Assembly: GCA_051531975.1 (NCBI GenBank)
Contig: JAOPTT010000010.1
Span: 1-64,000 of the forward strand
Direction: 5' to 3'
From: Spirochaetaceae bacterium
GTDB taxonomy: Bacteria > Spirochaetota > Spirochaetia > DSM-2461
DNA length: 64,000 nucleotides
The notes under the pieces are model-generated. The model ran no database searches, had not been told where the DNA came from, and worked only from the letters and a program-made list of their open reading frames with translations. This document shows positions 18,865 through 28,056 of this stretch, piece after piece (positions within the stretch are counted from its first letter, which is position 1; each line of letters starts with the position of its first letter). The translations under genes and the position numbers were made by a program.

Positions 18865-19758
18865 TTAGTCATCTAAATACTTTTCACAAATACTTTTTAC
18901 CATTTTAAAATTAAACTCTGATAAATATTTTTTAACAACGTCATAATTTTCAGCTAATATATTTTTAAATAAATTGGCTTTATTCCGAAACATAGAAATA
19001 GACTTTGTATCATTTTCAGTTATAAGTTTTACAAACTCTACAAAGTCATTATAAGAATGATCATCATCCAGAATAGGTAATACTTTATACAACATATTAT
19101 GATATTCCCAAGAATCTTTAAAAGTTTTAATCAATAACTCTTTGTTTATTTTTGTATTATGTATATTAAGTTCTACACATACTTCCATTATTTTTTTGAA
19201 ACCTATAGTACCAGAAGCCCCTTTAAGTTTGTGTATGTACTCTTTATCTAATATAGTTTCTGTTATATTTTTATATCTTTCAAAAAAATCATTTGAAAGT
19301 TCAAAGTATAGACTAAAATTATTCTCAAAAATCTCTTCTAACTGCTTAAAGCTAAATAGGGAATTGAATTTGTCATTTATCTCTAACCATTTAGCCATAG
19401 TTTCATAAGATACATCTAATTGAAAAGGTTTAGTAATGAAATCATTAAAACCTAGTTTAAAGTAGTTTTTACTACTATTTTCAGAAGAATCATCTGTTAA
19501 TGCAATAATGGGAGTATGTATATTTATCTCTCTTATTTTTTTTGTAGCAGTCAGACCGTCAATTATTGGCATCTGCATATCCATTATAATAAGATCATAA
19601 TCACTATTTTTTAAAACTAAATCAATGGCATCTTTGCCATCAACAGCTATATCAATATTCATATTGAACTTATTTAATATTCCAATTAATTCTGTTCTAT
19701 TAAACTCATCAGCAGCAGTTATTAAAATTCTTTTACGAATAAGTTTTGTATATTTCAT
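18865..19758 (-). CDS. Response regulator REC-Hpt phosphorelay protein
   Basis: IIMDMQMPIIDG...KPF receiver; IHKLKGASGTIG Hpt motif; SD AAGGAAG supports ATG 19758. Confidence 0.8.
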   Translation of the reverse strand: MKYTKLIRKRILITAADEFNRTELIGILNKFNMNIDIAVDGKDAIDLVLKNSDYDLIIMDMQMPIIDGLTATKKIREINIHTPIIALTDDSSENSSKNYFKLGFNDFITKPFQLDVSYETMAKWLEINDKFNSLFSFKQLEEIFENNFSLYFELSNDFFERYKNITETILDKEYIHKLKGASGTIGFKKIMEVCVELNIHNTKINKELLIKTFKDSWEYHNMLYKVLPILDDDHSYNDFVEFVKLITENDTKSISMFRNKANLFKNILAENYDVVKKYLSEFNFKMVKSICEKYLDD

Positions 19759-20863
19759 ATACTGCTTCCTTTGCATCATTAAATGCAATTATTAACTGAG
19801 GATCAAAATGTGTGTTGTTTTTTGAATTAATAATCTCAAATGCTTCTGAAAAAGGAATAGATTCCTTATATACACGTTTAGAAGTTAATGCATCAAATAC
19901 GTCAGCAATAGCCATGACCCTAGCGGCATAAGGTATATGTTCTTTATCTAAACCTTTAGGATAACCTGTACCATCCCATTTTTCATGGTGATATTCTGAA
20001 ATAACCTTTGCCATTTCTAAAAATGCCAATGACTCTGGGTGAAACTCAGATATATTCCCATCAATAGTAAGAATAGAAGAATGAATTGAATTATCAATAG
20101 CATTAGATCCTATTAAGCAGTGATTTTTCATTATCTCAAATTCCTCTGAAGTAAGTCCTCCAGGTTTCATCAATATTGAATCAGGTATACCAATTTTACC
20201 TATATCATGCAGTTGCGCAGCTTTTGATATAAGGTTAATTTCTGAATTAGTAATTTTATTTAATTGTCTACTCTGAGATGAAATGTGTTTTAAAATTACT
20301 TCACAGTAATATCTTGTTCTAATAATATGATTACCAGTATCTGAGTCCCTGGTTTCAGCTAATCCTACTAGAGTTGTAAGACTTGCCTCTTGTAAAATTG
20401 TATTTTCGTGAACACGGTGCTCGATTTCAACTTCTAACCATCTATTTTTATCACGTAATAGATCCTGGGCATGTTTTAGCTCTAAATGGTTTTTAATCCT
20501 TGCTAAGACAATTGCTTTATTTATAGGCTTTGATATGTAATCTACAGCACCTAGTTTTAGGCCTTTTTCTTCATCTCCAGAATCTTCTAAAGATGTTATA
20601 AATATAGTAGGTATATCTTTTAATGTATCTATAGCTTTAATTTGTTTTAATAAATCGTAACCATCTAAATCTGGCATCATTACATCTAATAAGATTAAAT
20701 CTGGTTTTTGATTTCTTAAAATAGAAATAACTTCTGTACTCTTAGTTGTAGCAATAACGGTGTAAAGACTTTCTAGAATAGAAGCAAGTGCAATTAGGTT
20801 TGTTGGTTCGTCATCAACGATTAGGATTTTATATGTTTGTTCTGCTCCCAATACGTCGAGCAT
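19733..20863 (-). CDS. REC-HD-GYP c-di-GMP phosphodiesterase (RpfG-like)
   Basis: ILIVDD...LDVMMP...KP receiver; HDIGK, HHEKWDGTGYP, ADVFDAL. Confidence 0.92.
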   Translation of the reverse strand: MLDVLGAEQTYKILIVDDEPTNLIALASILESLYTVIATTKSTEVISILRNQKPDLILLDVMMPDLDGYDLLKQIKAIDTLKDIPTIFITSLEDSGDEEKGLKLGAVDYISKPINKAIVLARIKNHLELKHAQDLLRDKNRWLEVEIEHRVHENTILQEASLTTLVGLAETRDSDTGNHIIRTRYYCEVILKHISSQSRQLNKITNSEINLISKAAQLHDIGKIGIPDSILMKPGGLTSEEFEIMKNHCLIGSNAIDNSIHSSILTIDGNISEFHPESLAFLEMAKVISEYHHEKWDGTGYPKGLDKEHIPYAARVMAIADVFDALTSKRVYKESIPFSEAFEIINSKNNTHFDPQLIIAFNDAKEAVYEIYKTYS

Positions 20864-21216
20864 TATTCCTGATAACCCATAATTGAGATGATTTTAGATA
20901 CATTAAATGGTTTTTCCATGATACCAGAGACTTTTGCATTGGATGCTTTTTTTATAATTCCATCATCTAAAAAACCTGTGAGAATATAAACATTTGCATC
21001 TTTTTTAACTACTTTAAGTTTGGTGATTAATTCTATACCATTTAATTTGGGCATATTATAATCTACAATGATTAATGCAAAGTCTTCTTCTAGAGCCATC
21101 TTCAAGCCGACAACACTGTCATTACACGTAGTAACGTTATAATTTAAATTAGACAACATACTATCAAACGCTCTCAAAATTATTTTATCATCATCAATAA
21201 ATAAAATTCTTTTCAT
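20863..21216 (-). CDS. Single-domain response regulator
   Basis: IDDD, VDYNMP, LTG, EKPF. Confidence 0.88.
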   Translation of the reverse strand: MKRILFIDDDKIILRAFDSMLSNLNYNVTTCNDSVVGLKMALEEDFALIIVDYNMPKLNGIELITKLKVVKKDANVYILTGFLDDGIIKKASNAKVSGIMEKPFNVSKIISIMGYQE

Positions 21217-21265
21217 ATTATAAATATAGTTTGTAGGTTATAAAATTACAAATGTTTATTTCATC

Positions 21266-22012
21266 TTAATTTAGTATTTGATTTATTATTATATTATCTT
21301 CATCAGTATATTCAAATTTTGAGTGTAATTCATTGATTTTTAAAAAATCTACAAGGAGTTTTTTTTCATTATTAGTTATAATATTTTTTTCAAGAATCAA
21401 TAAAATAGATTTAACAATATTATATAATAGCTTTGAATTTTCTTTTTCAAAATTATTATAATAATCTTTTAAGAATATTATTCTTCTGAGTGTACAATCT
21501 TCTTCTGATATTGATCCATTTTGTTGTAGAACAGTTATTCGCTTTAAATTAGGAACAACAATATCTAAGACTTTAGAAGGGTTATCTAGATTAATTTTTT
21601 GCATAGTAGTTTTCTGCTGATTTTCTCTTGAATACTTTCCAATGTTCATATCTTCACCTAATATATGATTATTTAACCATGACATAAGAAAATAGTAGAA
21701 TTCAATAGGAGTATAAGATTCTTTATTTTTAATTTTTACTAAAATTTCTCTTAATTTTTGTATTAAATTTTTGTGTAATTCTTTTTGGTTATGAAGACCT
21801 GGGTAATTAATTTTCTCCATATATGACTCTTCAGCATCAAAATGAAAACTAGTATAGTTTATAAGGTAAACCAAAACTGTTCCTATCTCTTTAAAAGAGT
21901 TTATTGATTTATCTGCAATAGTTTTATTATATTTGTTTATAATTGTTATAATTGTTTTATGTTGGTTATCTATCTCTTCTATACCAGTCTCATATTCTTT
22001 CTTCCATTCCAT
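21266..22012 (-). CDS. Bacteriohemerythrin with C-terminal extension
   Basis: W..EYETGIEEIDNQH, HFDAEE, YP...H, WLNNHILGED. Confidence 0.88.
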   Translation of the reverse strand: MEWKKEYETGIEEIDNQHKTIITIINKYNKTIADKSINSFKEIGTVLVYLINYTSFHFDAEESYMEKINYPGLHNQKELHKNLIQKLREILVKIKNKESYTPIEFYYFLMSWLNNHILGEDMNIGKYSRENQQKTTMQKINLDNPSKVLDIVVPNLKRITVLQQNGSISEEDCTLRRIIFLKDYYNNFEKENSKLLYNIVKSILLILEKNIITNNEKKLLVDFLKINELHSKFEYTDEDNIIINQILN

Positions 22013-22083
22013 AATTACCTCTTAATGTATATTTTATATTATTAATTAGAATAGCAATAATTTTTTTTTAAATTATAAGAGAA

Positions 22084-22836
22084 TTAGTTACAAATATTAA
22101 CCTTACGAAACAATATATTCATGACCTTTACAGTTATATAAACTTCTGAACCAATAACTTCAATTTTATACTTTTGTAAGATTTCTTCATTTGTTTTACT
22201 AATTAAGTCTTTATATCTACTATCATAATCTCTAGGATATCTAATTTCTGAGTAAAATTGCTTCTCTTTTATAAAACCTAATGATTCAATCAAGTCAACT
22301 AATTTTAACTCTTCATAAAAATGATTATGGCCATCATCTTTTAAGTTTTGGAACCTATCTACAAAACCATTATCTTCAGGAAATGTTAACGGATCAGAAT
22401 ATAAAAAGAACCCTCCTTGTTTTATAACTCTATTAATCTCTTTTATGGATTTTTTTGCTTCAGGGAAGTGATGGAAAGCATATCTAGTGACACAACCATC
22501 AAAGTATAAATTTGTATATGGGTATTCTTTTCCATCATAACAAGTAAAACTAATGTTATCTAAGTTATTTTCTTTAACTATTACTCTATTTTTTTCTATT
22601 GAACCTAGAGCAATATCAAGTCCAAAAATTACTGCTTTAGGTTCATTTTTATTTAATTCAAATGCTATATACCCGTTTCCAGTTCCTAAATCTAAGTATC
22701 TATTATTTGGTTTTAATTTCATAAGTTCTACTAATTCTTTTAACTGATCAGAATTATTATGTATTTTTTTATATTCTTTAGTATGAAGTTCAGAATCAAA
22801 CCTCTCTTTTGCCTTTTTTACATTATTAGTACCCAT
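22084..22836 (-). CDS. Class I SAM-dependent methyltransferase
   Basis: YLDLGTGNG motif I, FDGCVTRYAFHHF, RVIKQGG. Confidence 0.85.
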   Translation of the reverse strand: MGTNNVKKAKERFDSELHTKEYKKIHNNSDQLKELVELMKLKPNNRYLDLGTGNGYIAFELNKNEPKAVIFGLDIALGSIEKNRVIVKENNLDNISFTCYDGKEYPYTNLYFDGCVTRYAFHHFPEAKKSIKEINRVIKQGGFFLYSDPLTFPEDNGFVDRFQNLKDDGHNHFYEELKLVDLIESLGFIKEKQFYSEIRYPRDYDSRYKDLISKTNEEILQKYKIEVIGSEVYITVKVMNILFRKVNICN

Positions 22837-23470
22837 AATTTGTAATTTCCTTTAAATTTTCTATAACTTCTACACTGTCTTCAAATATTATTTTTTGAAG
22901 ATCTTGATTTCCACTATTTACCAAAACAGTCTTACAACCAATCTCTTTTGCTACTTCATAATCATGATAGGTATCCCCAATTAAAATACAATTTGAAGGT
23001 GAGATACTGTTATCCTTTAGGTACTTAACTGCATTTTGAGTTTTACTTGATGCTAATATATTATTAAGACCTATGATTTCAGAAAAATAAGATGATATTT
23101 TTTTACTTTCAACTTGTATTAATAGAGCTGTGTGCTCCATAGCAGATAAGATGATTTGGTTATATCCCTTTTTCTTAAAGAACTCTAATTGTTCATATAC
23201 CTCAGGAAATAGCTCCATGTTTTTGACTTCATCTTTAAATAAAGTTATAAATTCCGATGCTAACTCGGGAAAAGGTTCAGTACTAAAATTAAAACCCAAA
23301 CTTTTATAAAAGTTTTTTACAGGAAATGTAAAAATATCCCTATATCTACTTCTAGTTAATTGTGGCATATTTCGCTTATATAACATTTTATTCATACAAA
23401 GTACTGAAGAATCCACATCGTTTAATAGTGTGCCATTCCAGTCCCAAATAATTGTATATTTATTAGCCAT
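22826..23470 (-). CDS. HAD-superfamily hydrolase
   Basis: WDWNGTL, LSA, K, IGDTYHD; SD GAGG favours ATG 23470. Confidence 0.85.
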   Translation of the reverse strand: MANKYTIIWDWNGTLLNDVDSSVLCMNKMLYKRNMPQLTRSRYRDIFTFPVKNFYKSLGFNFSTEPFPELASEFITLFKDEVKNMELFPEVYEQLEFFKKKGYNQIILSAMEHTALLIQVESKKISSYFSEIIGLNNILASSKTQNAVKYLKDNSISPSNCILIGDTYHDYEVAKEIGCKTVLVNSGNQDLQKIIFEDSVEVIENLKEITNYGY

Positions 23471-24116
23471 GGACATCCTCTTTTATTGTTTCACTTAATT
23501 TTACTAATCTGTTTCTAGTCAAAATTGTAACCCTTTTATTTTCTAATAATAATATGTTTTCACTTTCAAACTTTTTAAATATTCTACTTAGATGTCTATA
23601 AGTTGTACCTAAACTTGTTGCCAGCTCACTCATGGATCTAACATCATCTTTATACTGATATAATAAATAGTAGGCTAACCTCTCTTCAAGGGTATATCCA
23701 AGCTTAATAGAGTTCTGTATTGAACTTTTGATAAGTTTATTTGCTACTACTTTTGATAGTAAAAAAAATAATTTTGAATGTAATTCTGAAGAAATTATAG
23801 ATATAGGCAGAATATAACCAGATAGATTATCTGAACTTTCTAAACTACATGTAGTCTCTGTATTAAGAAGGAATTCCACATCTCCTGCGATTTGTCCCTC
23901 CTTATAAAAATCGTACATAACTTCTTTTCCATTATTTAACAACCTATAAACCCTCCCACTACCAGATACAAAAAAATATATATTATCCATTTTAGAATTG
24001 TTATGGCAGATAAATTCACCTTTACCCCAGGTTTTATATTGAATTAAGTCCTGGTCAAACACCGGTTTTAGAAAAGAAAAGTCTGGAAAATATTTTATAA
24101 ACTCTTTATAGGACAT
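23463..24116 (-). CDS. Crp/Fnr-family transcriptional regulator (YeiL-like)
   Basis: cNMP-binding beta-roll (KGEFI, SG, GDVEF); LEERLAYYL; HTH ELATSLGTTYRHLSR. Confidence 0.85.
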   Translation of the reverse strand: MSYKEFIKYFPDFSFLKPVFDQDLIQYKTWGKGEFICHNNSKMDNIYFFVSGSGRVYRLLNNGKEVMYDFYKEGQIAGDVEFLLNTETTCSLESSDNLSGYILPISIISSELHSKLFFLLSKVVANKLIKSSIQNSIKLGYTLEERLAYYLLYQYKDDVRSMSELATSLGTTYRHLSRIFKKFESENILLLENKRVTILTRNRLVKLSETIKEDVHG

Positions 24117-24123
24117 ATGTCCT
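24110..24123. promoter_or_regulatory. Perfect 14-bp palindromic operator AGGACATATGTCCT
   Basis: Overlaps the Crp-family start codon and lies about 35 bp upstream of the divergent DMT gene. Confidence 0.65.
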
Positions 24124-24157
24124 GTCTCCTTTTTTTAATTAATTATATATTTAACTT

Positions 24158-25021
24158 ATGAATATAATATTAGCATTAATAACTGGATTATGTATCTCAG
24201 TAATGATTTATTTTAATGGTTCTTTAGAATCATATATTGGAAATATTCCTTCTTTACTCCTCATTCATTTAACAGCTCTGTTTTTATCATCTGTTATGTT
24301 TCTTAAGAAGTCGAAACCTAAAGTTAGGATAAAAAAGAGTAGACTTTATCTGCTTGCAGGGATTATTGGTATTCTTGTTGTTACAATAAGTAATCAAGTT
24401 TTTAGAAAGGGAGGAGTACTACTTACATTAAGTGGAACCCTATCTGGTCAAGTTATAATGGCTTTTATATTAGAAGTGGTAAAATCCAAGAAAACTGATA
24501 AAAAAATCTCAATTGGTAAGGTGATTTCTCTACTTTTAGTACTACCAGGTTCAATTATTTTAGGATCACAAAATAGTATGTCTTTAGGTTGGATATTATT
24601 ATCTTGGGTACCTGGATTTTTGATACTTATACAAGCATATATGAATAGCCAAAATATACTGTCGGTCGGTTTTAGGGTTACTCTTATCTTTCATTTTGCT
24701 ACAGCTCTTGTAGGTATTCTATTACTTTTAACTATTTTTCCTTTAGGTGACACGGTTTCTCAACTGTTATCAGGCCAAGTTCCACCTATTTTTATATTTG
24801 GAGGTGGATTTGTATCAATTTTTGTAATTTCAATTGGTAGTTATCTTCTTCTAAAACTAACACCATTAACCTATGTTCTACTTCTTTATACTGGACAATT
24901 AACTGGGGCACTTATTATCGATCTTTTTCAAGGGCGTCCTCTCTCTGTAGAGATAGTTTTTGCAATGTGTTTAATAGTTATTGGTCTGTTTTCTGGTGAG
25001 TTTAAGAAATCAACAAAGTAA
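24158..25021 (+). CDS. DMT-superfamily transporter (tandem YdcZ/DUF606-like)
   Basis: About 10 TM in two repeats, GG/GQ motifs (SGQVIM, TGQLTGALIID). Confidence 0.75.
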   Translation: MNIILALITGLCISVMIYFNGSLESYIGNIPSLLLIHLTALFLSSVMFLKKSKPKVRIKKSRLYLLAGIIGILVVTISNQVFRKGGVLLTLSGTLSGQVIMAFILEVVKSKKTDKKISIGKVISLLLVLPGSIILGSQNSMSLGWILLSWVPGFLILIQAYMNSQNILSVGFRVTLIFHFATALVGILLLLTIFPLGDTVSQLLSGQVPPIFIFGGGFVSIFVISIGSYLLLKLTPLTYVLLLYTGQLTGALIIDLFQGRPLSVEIVFAMCLIVIGLFSGEFKKSTK

Positions 25022-25030
25022 ATAACAGTT

Positions 25031-25483
25031 TTATACATCCTCTAATGTTAAAACTGTCACCCTAGGGTAAAATCCAAACTTTTCATAAAAACCAAACACA
25101 GACTCATGCCCTTGTGCTACAGCAACTTGTATTTTCTCGCACTGTTTAGATTTTAACCATCGGGTACTATTTTGGACTAATTTGTATCCAAACTTGTATT
25201 TTCTAAACTCCTTGGCTATAAAAAGAGAGTCTAATTCTCCAATTGCACCTATAACAGTAGAGATACAATAACCAACAGATAAATTATTGTTTTTTAGCAC
25301 ATCAATTTTAATATTTTCATTCTCTATTTCCATAAACTTTGTAATTCTTTTTTCAAATGTCATACTATCAAAAAAATCTTTGTGATATGTAGAATTCTGT
25401 TTATGCATAATTCTTAGTGAGTCCCAAAGTTCTTTAATTATCTCAATATTATCTTTGTTTATCTCTTCAATTTTTAAATCCAT
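25031..25483 (-). CDS. GNAT family N-acetyltransferase
   Basis: ELDSLFIAKEFRKYKFG, FYEKFGF. Confidence 0.85.
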   Translation of the reverse strand: MDLKIEEINKDNIEIIKELWDSLRIMHKQNSTYHKDFFDSMTFEKRITKFMEIENENIKIDVLKNNNLSVGYCISTVIGAIGELDSLFIAKEFRKYKFGYKLVQNSTRWLKSKQCEKIQVAVAQGHESVFGFYEKFGFYPRVTVLTLEDV

Positions 25484-25599
25484 TTAGATTCCTTTTAGTT
25501 TACTTTTAAAAAATCTTATCATTAATTATTATGTGAATAAAATATTTTTTTGATATATCAATATATCACTATATCACTATTGAATAAAATATAAACCTT

Positions 25600-25625
25600 T
25601 GCTACTATAATTGTAGCATGCTACA
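25600..25625. promoter_or_regulatory. Overlapping dyads over the -10 of the tautomerase/HxlR unit
   Basis: TGCTAC-TATAATT-GTAGCA (25600-25618) and perfect TGTAGCATGCTACA (25612-25625). Confidence 0.55.
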
Positions 25626-25640
25626 GAAAAGGGAGGCTTT

Positions 25641-25838
25641 ATGCCAATAATTACAATCACTATGGGAGAAATCGACATAGAAATGAAAACAAGATTAATT
25701 AAAGAGTTAACTGCTAAAGCAGTTGAGATTACTAAAATTCCAGAACACTCTTTTACTATACTAATAAATGAATTAGGGGATGATAATATAGGAATTGGTG
25801 GTAAAACACTTAAAGAATTTAAGCAGTCACTCTCTTAA
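25641..25838 (+). CDS. 4-oxalocrotonate tautomerase family protein (DmpI-like)
   Basis: N-terminal catalytic Pro (MPII), 65 aa, NIGIGG; GGAGG SD. Confidence 0.85.
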   Translation: MPIITITMGEIDIEMKTRLIKELTAKAVEITKIPEHSFTILINELGDDNIGIGGKTLKEFKQSLS

Positions 25839-25890
25839 TTATTGATGATTCCTCCCTATATTGCTATATTCATTATAGAGAGGATATTTA

Positions 25891-26235
25891 ATGGGAATAC
25901 CTAAACCAGGAGAGAAAGTAAGAGGTTCATATACTGGATCTCCAATAAACGCAATATTTGACCTAATGGGTAGACGTTGGGCATTGGGTATAGTGTGGAA
26001 CTTATCTGAAGTTCCGGTTACATTTAGAGAGCTACAAGATAGATGTGGAACCATTTCTCCAACAATCCTTAATAACAGATTAAAAGATTTAAAAGAAGCA
26101 GATATTATGAGGCGGACATTAGAGGGTTATATATTAACTAATAGAGGGTTAAAACTTAGAGAGACACTAGTCCCACTAGGAGATTGGTCTCTACAGTGGG
26201 CTGATGAAATATTTAATTTTCATAAAGAGATTTAA
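25891..26235 (+). CDS. HxlR-family winged-helix transcriptional regulator
   Basis: DLMGRRWALGIVWNL...TFRELQ...ISPTILNNRLKDL...Y.LT..G. Confidence 0.85.
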   Translation: MGIPKPGEKVRGSYTGSPINAIFDLMGRRWALGIVWNLSEVPVTFRELQDRCGTISPTILNNRLKDLKEADIMRRTLEGYILTNRGLKLRETLVPLGDWSLQWADEIFNFHKEI

Positions 26236-26307
26236 ATTATTAATTTGACCCAAATTGAGTGAATAAAAAATTAAAAAATAATATAATGTTTTCTATTGAG
26301 GAAACCC

Positions 26308-28056
26308 ATGTTTAAAACAATTAAAAAATTAAAAAAATACTACACCCCATATAAGAAGTATGCCGTTTGGGGAACAATGGCAACAATCTTATTTGCATTT
26401 TTAGCTCAAATTGATCCATATATAACTGGTCAAATAATTGATACAGTTTTAACAGGAAAAGATTCTAATTTTGTAATTAAGGGTTCTTTAATAATATTAG
26501 GTGTTACAATAATTAGATCAGTAGTTCGATATGGTTTTTTTATTAGTTTCGAGAAATTTTCTCAAAAAATTGTATATGAATTAAGAAAAGACCTGTATAA
26601 AAAACTACAATCAATGGACTTTAAATATTTTGATAAAACCCCTAACGGAAAAATAATGTCTATGATGACTGGTGATATTGAAGCGATTAGGCATTTTTTT
26701 GCTTGGATTACCCATGTATCTGTCTTCCATAGCTTCATTTTTATATTTGCAATAATATCAATGTTTATAATAAATCCCCTACTTACTTCTACATTAATAT
26801 TAATTGTTCCATTTATCGGTTTCTTTTCATTAAGATTATCCAAAACAGTAAAACCTATGTTCAAAAATATTAGAGAGCAATTTTCTAAATTAAATACAGT
26901 TGTACAGGAAAATATTAGTGGTAATAGAGTTGTTAAAGCATTTGGTCGTGAACCCTACGAAATGGAAAAATTTACTGTAGAGAACCAAGGATTTATGGAT
27001 GCTAATATGGATGCCGCTAAGGTATGGGAAGATAACCTTCCAGCACTAGATGCATTTGCTGTTCTATTTAATGTTATTGTACTTTTTATCGGGACAATAT
27101 TAATTATTAATGGGAAAATGACTATTGGTGAGCTTGTAGCTTTTAATAGACTTTTATGGATGATAAATAACCCACTTAGAATGGTAGGTTGGTTAATAAA
27201 TGGGACCCAAAACTTTATTGCATCCTTTGATAGAGTTAAAGATCTAATTGATGCCAAAAGTGAAATATCCTCTATTAAAGAGCCTATAAATCCACCTCAG
27301 CTAAAAGGATTTGTCTCATTTAAGAATGTTAGTTTCCATTATGAAGATCTTCCTGTTTTAGATAATATTACTTTTGATGTATCCCCTGGAGAAACTATTG
27401 CAATATTAGGTTCTACAGGCTCTGGTAAATCTACTTTAACCTCCTTAATTTCTAGGTTTTATGATGTTACAGAAGGTAGTATCACAATTGATGGTCTACC
27501 AATATCAGATTATGAAATTTCGACACTTAGACGTAATATCTCAGTAGCAATGCAAGATATATTTCTGTTTTCGGATACCATAGAAGGAAATATAGCTTAT
27601 GGTGTTCCAAATGCAAATAGAGAGAAGATTAGGATGGCTGCAGAAATTGCAGGTGTAAATGAGTTTATCTACCAGTTTGAAGAAAACTTTAATACTGTTG
27701 TAGGGGAAAGAGGTGTTGGACTATCCGGGGGACAAAGGCAAAGAATTGCATTAGCTAGAGCTATTATCGAGGACCCATCAATTCTTATTTTAGACGATAC
27801 GACCTCAGCTGTAGATATGGAAACAGAATATACAATTCTTAAAGAACTTAAAAAAATTAATTCAAAACGAACAACATTTATAATTGCCCATAGAATATCT
27901 TCAGTTAAAGATGCAAACCAAATATTGGTTATGGATAAAGGTAAAATTATTGAACGAGGAAATCATAAGGAATTAATAGATAAAAAAGGTTATTACTACG
28001 ATGTATTTACCCAGCAAATGGGTGAATTTGACAGTAAAATAAAGGAAGGTATGTAA
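26308..28056 (+). CDS. ABC exporter, fused permease/ATPase (heterodimer subunit 1)
   Basis: 6 TM plus GSTGSGKS, LSGGQRQR, degenerate Walker B ILDDTTS; SD GAGGA before ATG 26308. Confidence 0.9.
   Translation: MFKTIKKLKKYYTPYKKYAVWGTMATILFAFLAQIDPYITGQIIDTVLTGKDSNFVIKGSLIILGVTIIRSVVRYGFFISFEKFSQKIVYELRKDLYKKLQSMDFKYFDKTPNGKIMSMMTGDIEAIRHFFAWITHVSVFHSFIFIFAIISMFIINPLLTSTLILIVPFIGFFSLRLSKTVKPMFKNIREQFSKLNTVVQENISGNRVVKAFGREPYEMEKFTVENQGFMDANMDAAKVWEDNLPALDAFAVLFNVIVLFIGTILIINGKMTIGELVAFNRLLWMINNPLRMVGWLINGTQNFIASFDRVKDLIDAKSEISSIKEPINPPQLKGFVSFKNVSFHYEDLPVLDNITFDVSPGETIAILGSTGSGKSTLTSLISRFYDVTEGSITIDGLPISDYEISTLRRNISVAMQDIFLFSDTIEGNIAYGVPNANREKIRMAAEIAGVNEFIYQFEENFNTVVGERGVGLSGGQRQRIALARAIIEDPSILILDDTTSAVDMETEYTILKELKKINSKRTTFIIAHRISSVKDANQILVMDKGKIIERGNHKELIDKKGYYYDVFTQQMGEFDSKIKEGM

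Noticed and set aside
19733..19788. Frameshifted single HD-GYP-REC-Hpt gene
   Set aside because: The HD-GYP domain ends normally and the downstream ORF has its own SD and ATG at 19758; a short overlap is sufficient explanation.
22052..22066. Fur/PerR-like box upstream of the hemerythrin gene (TAGCAATAATTTTTT)
   Set aside because: Only one half-site matches; expected by chance in AT-rich DNA.
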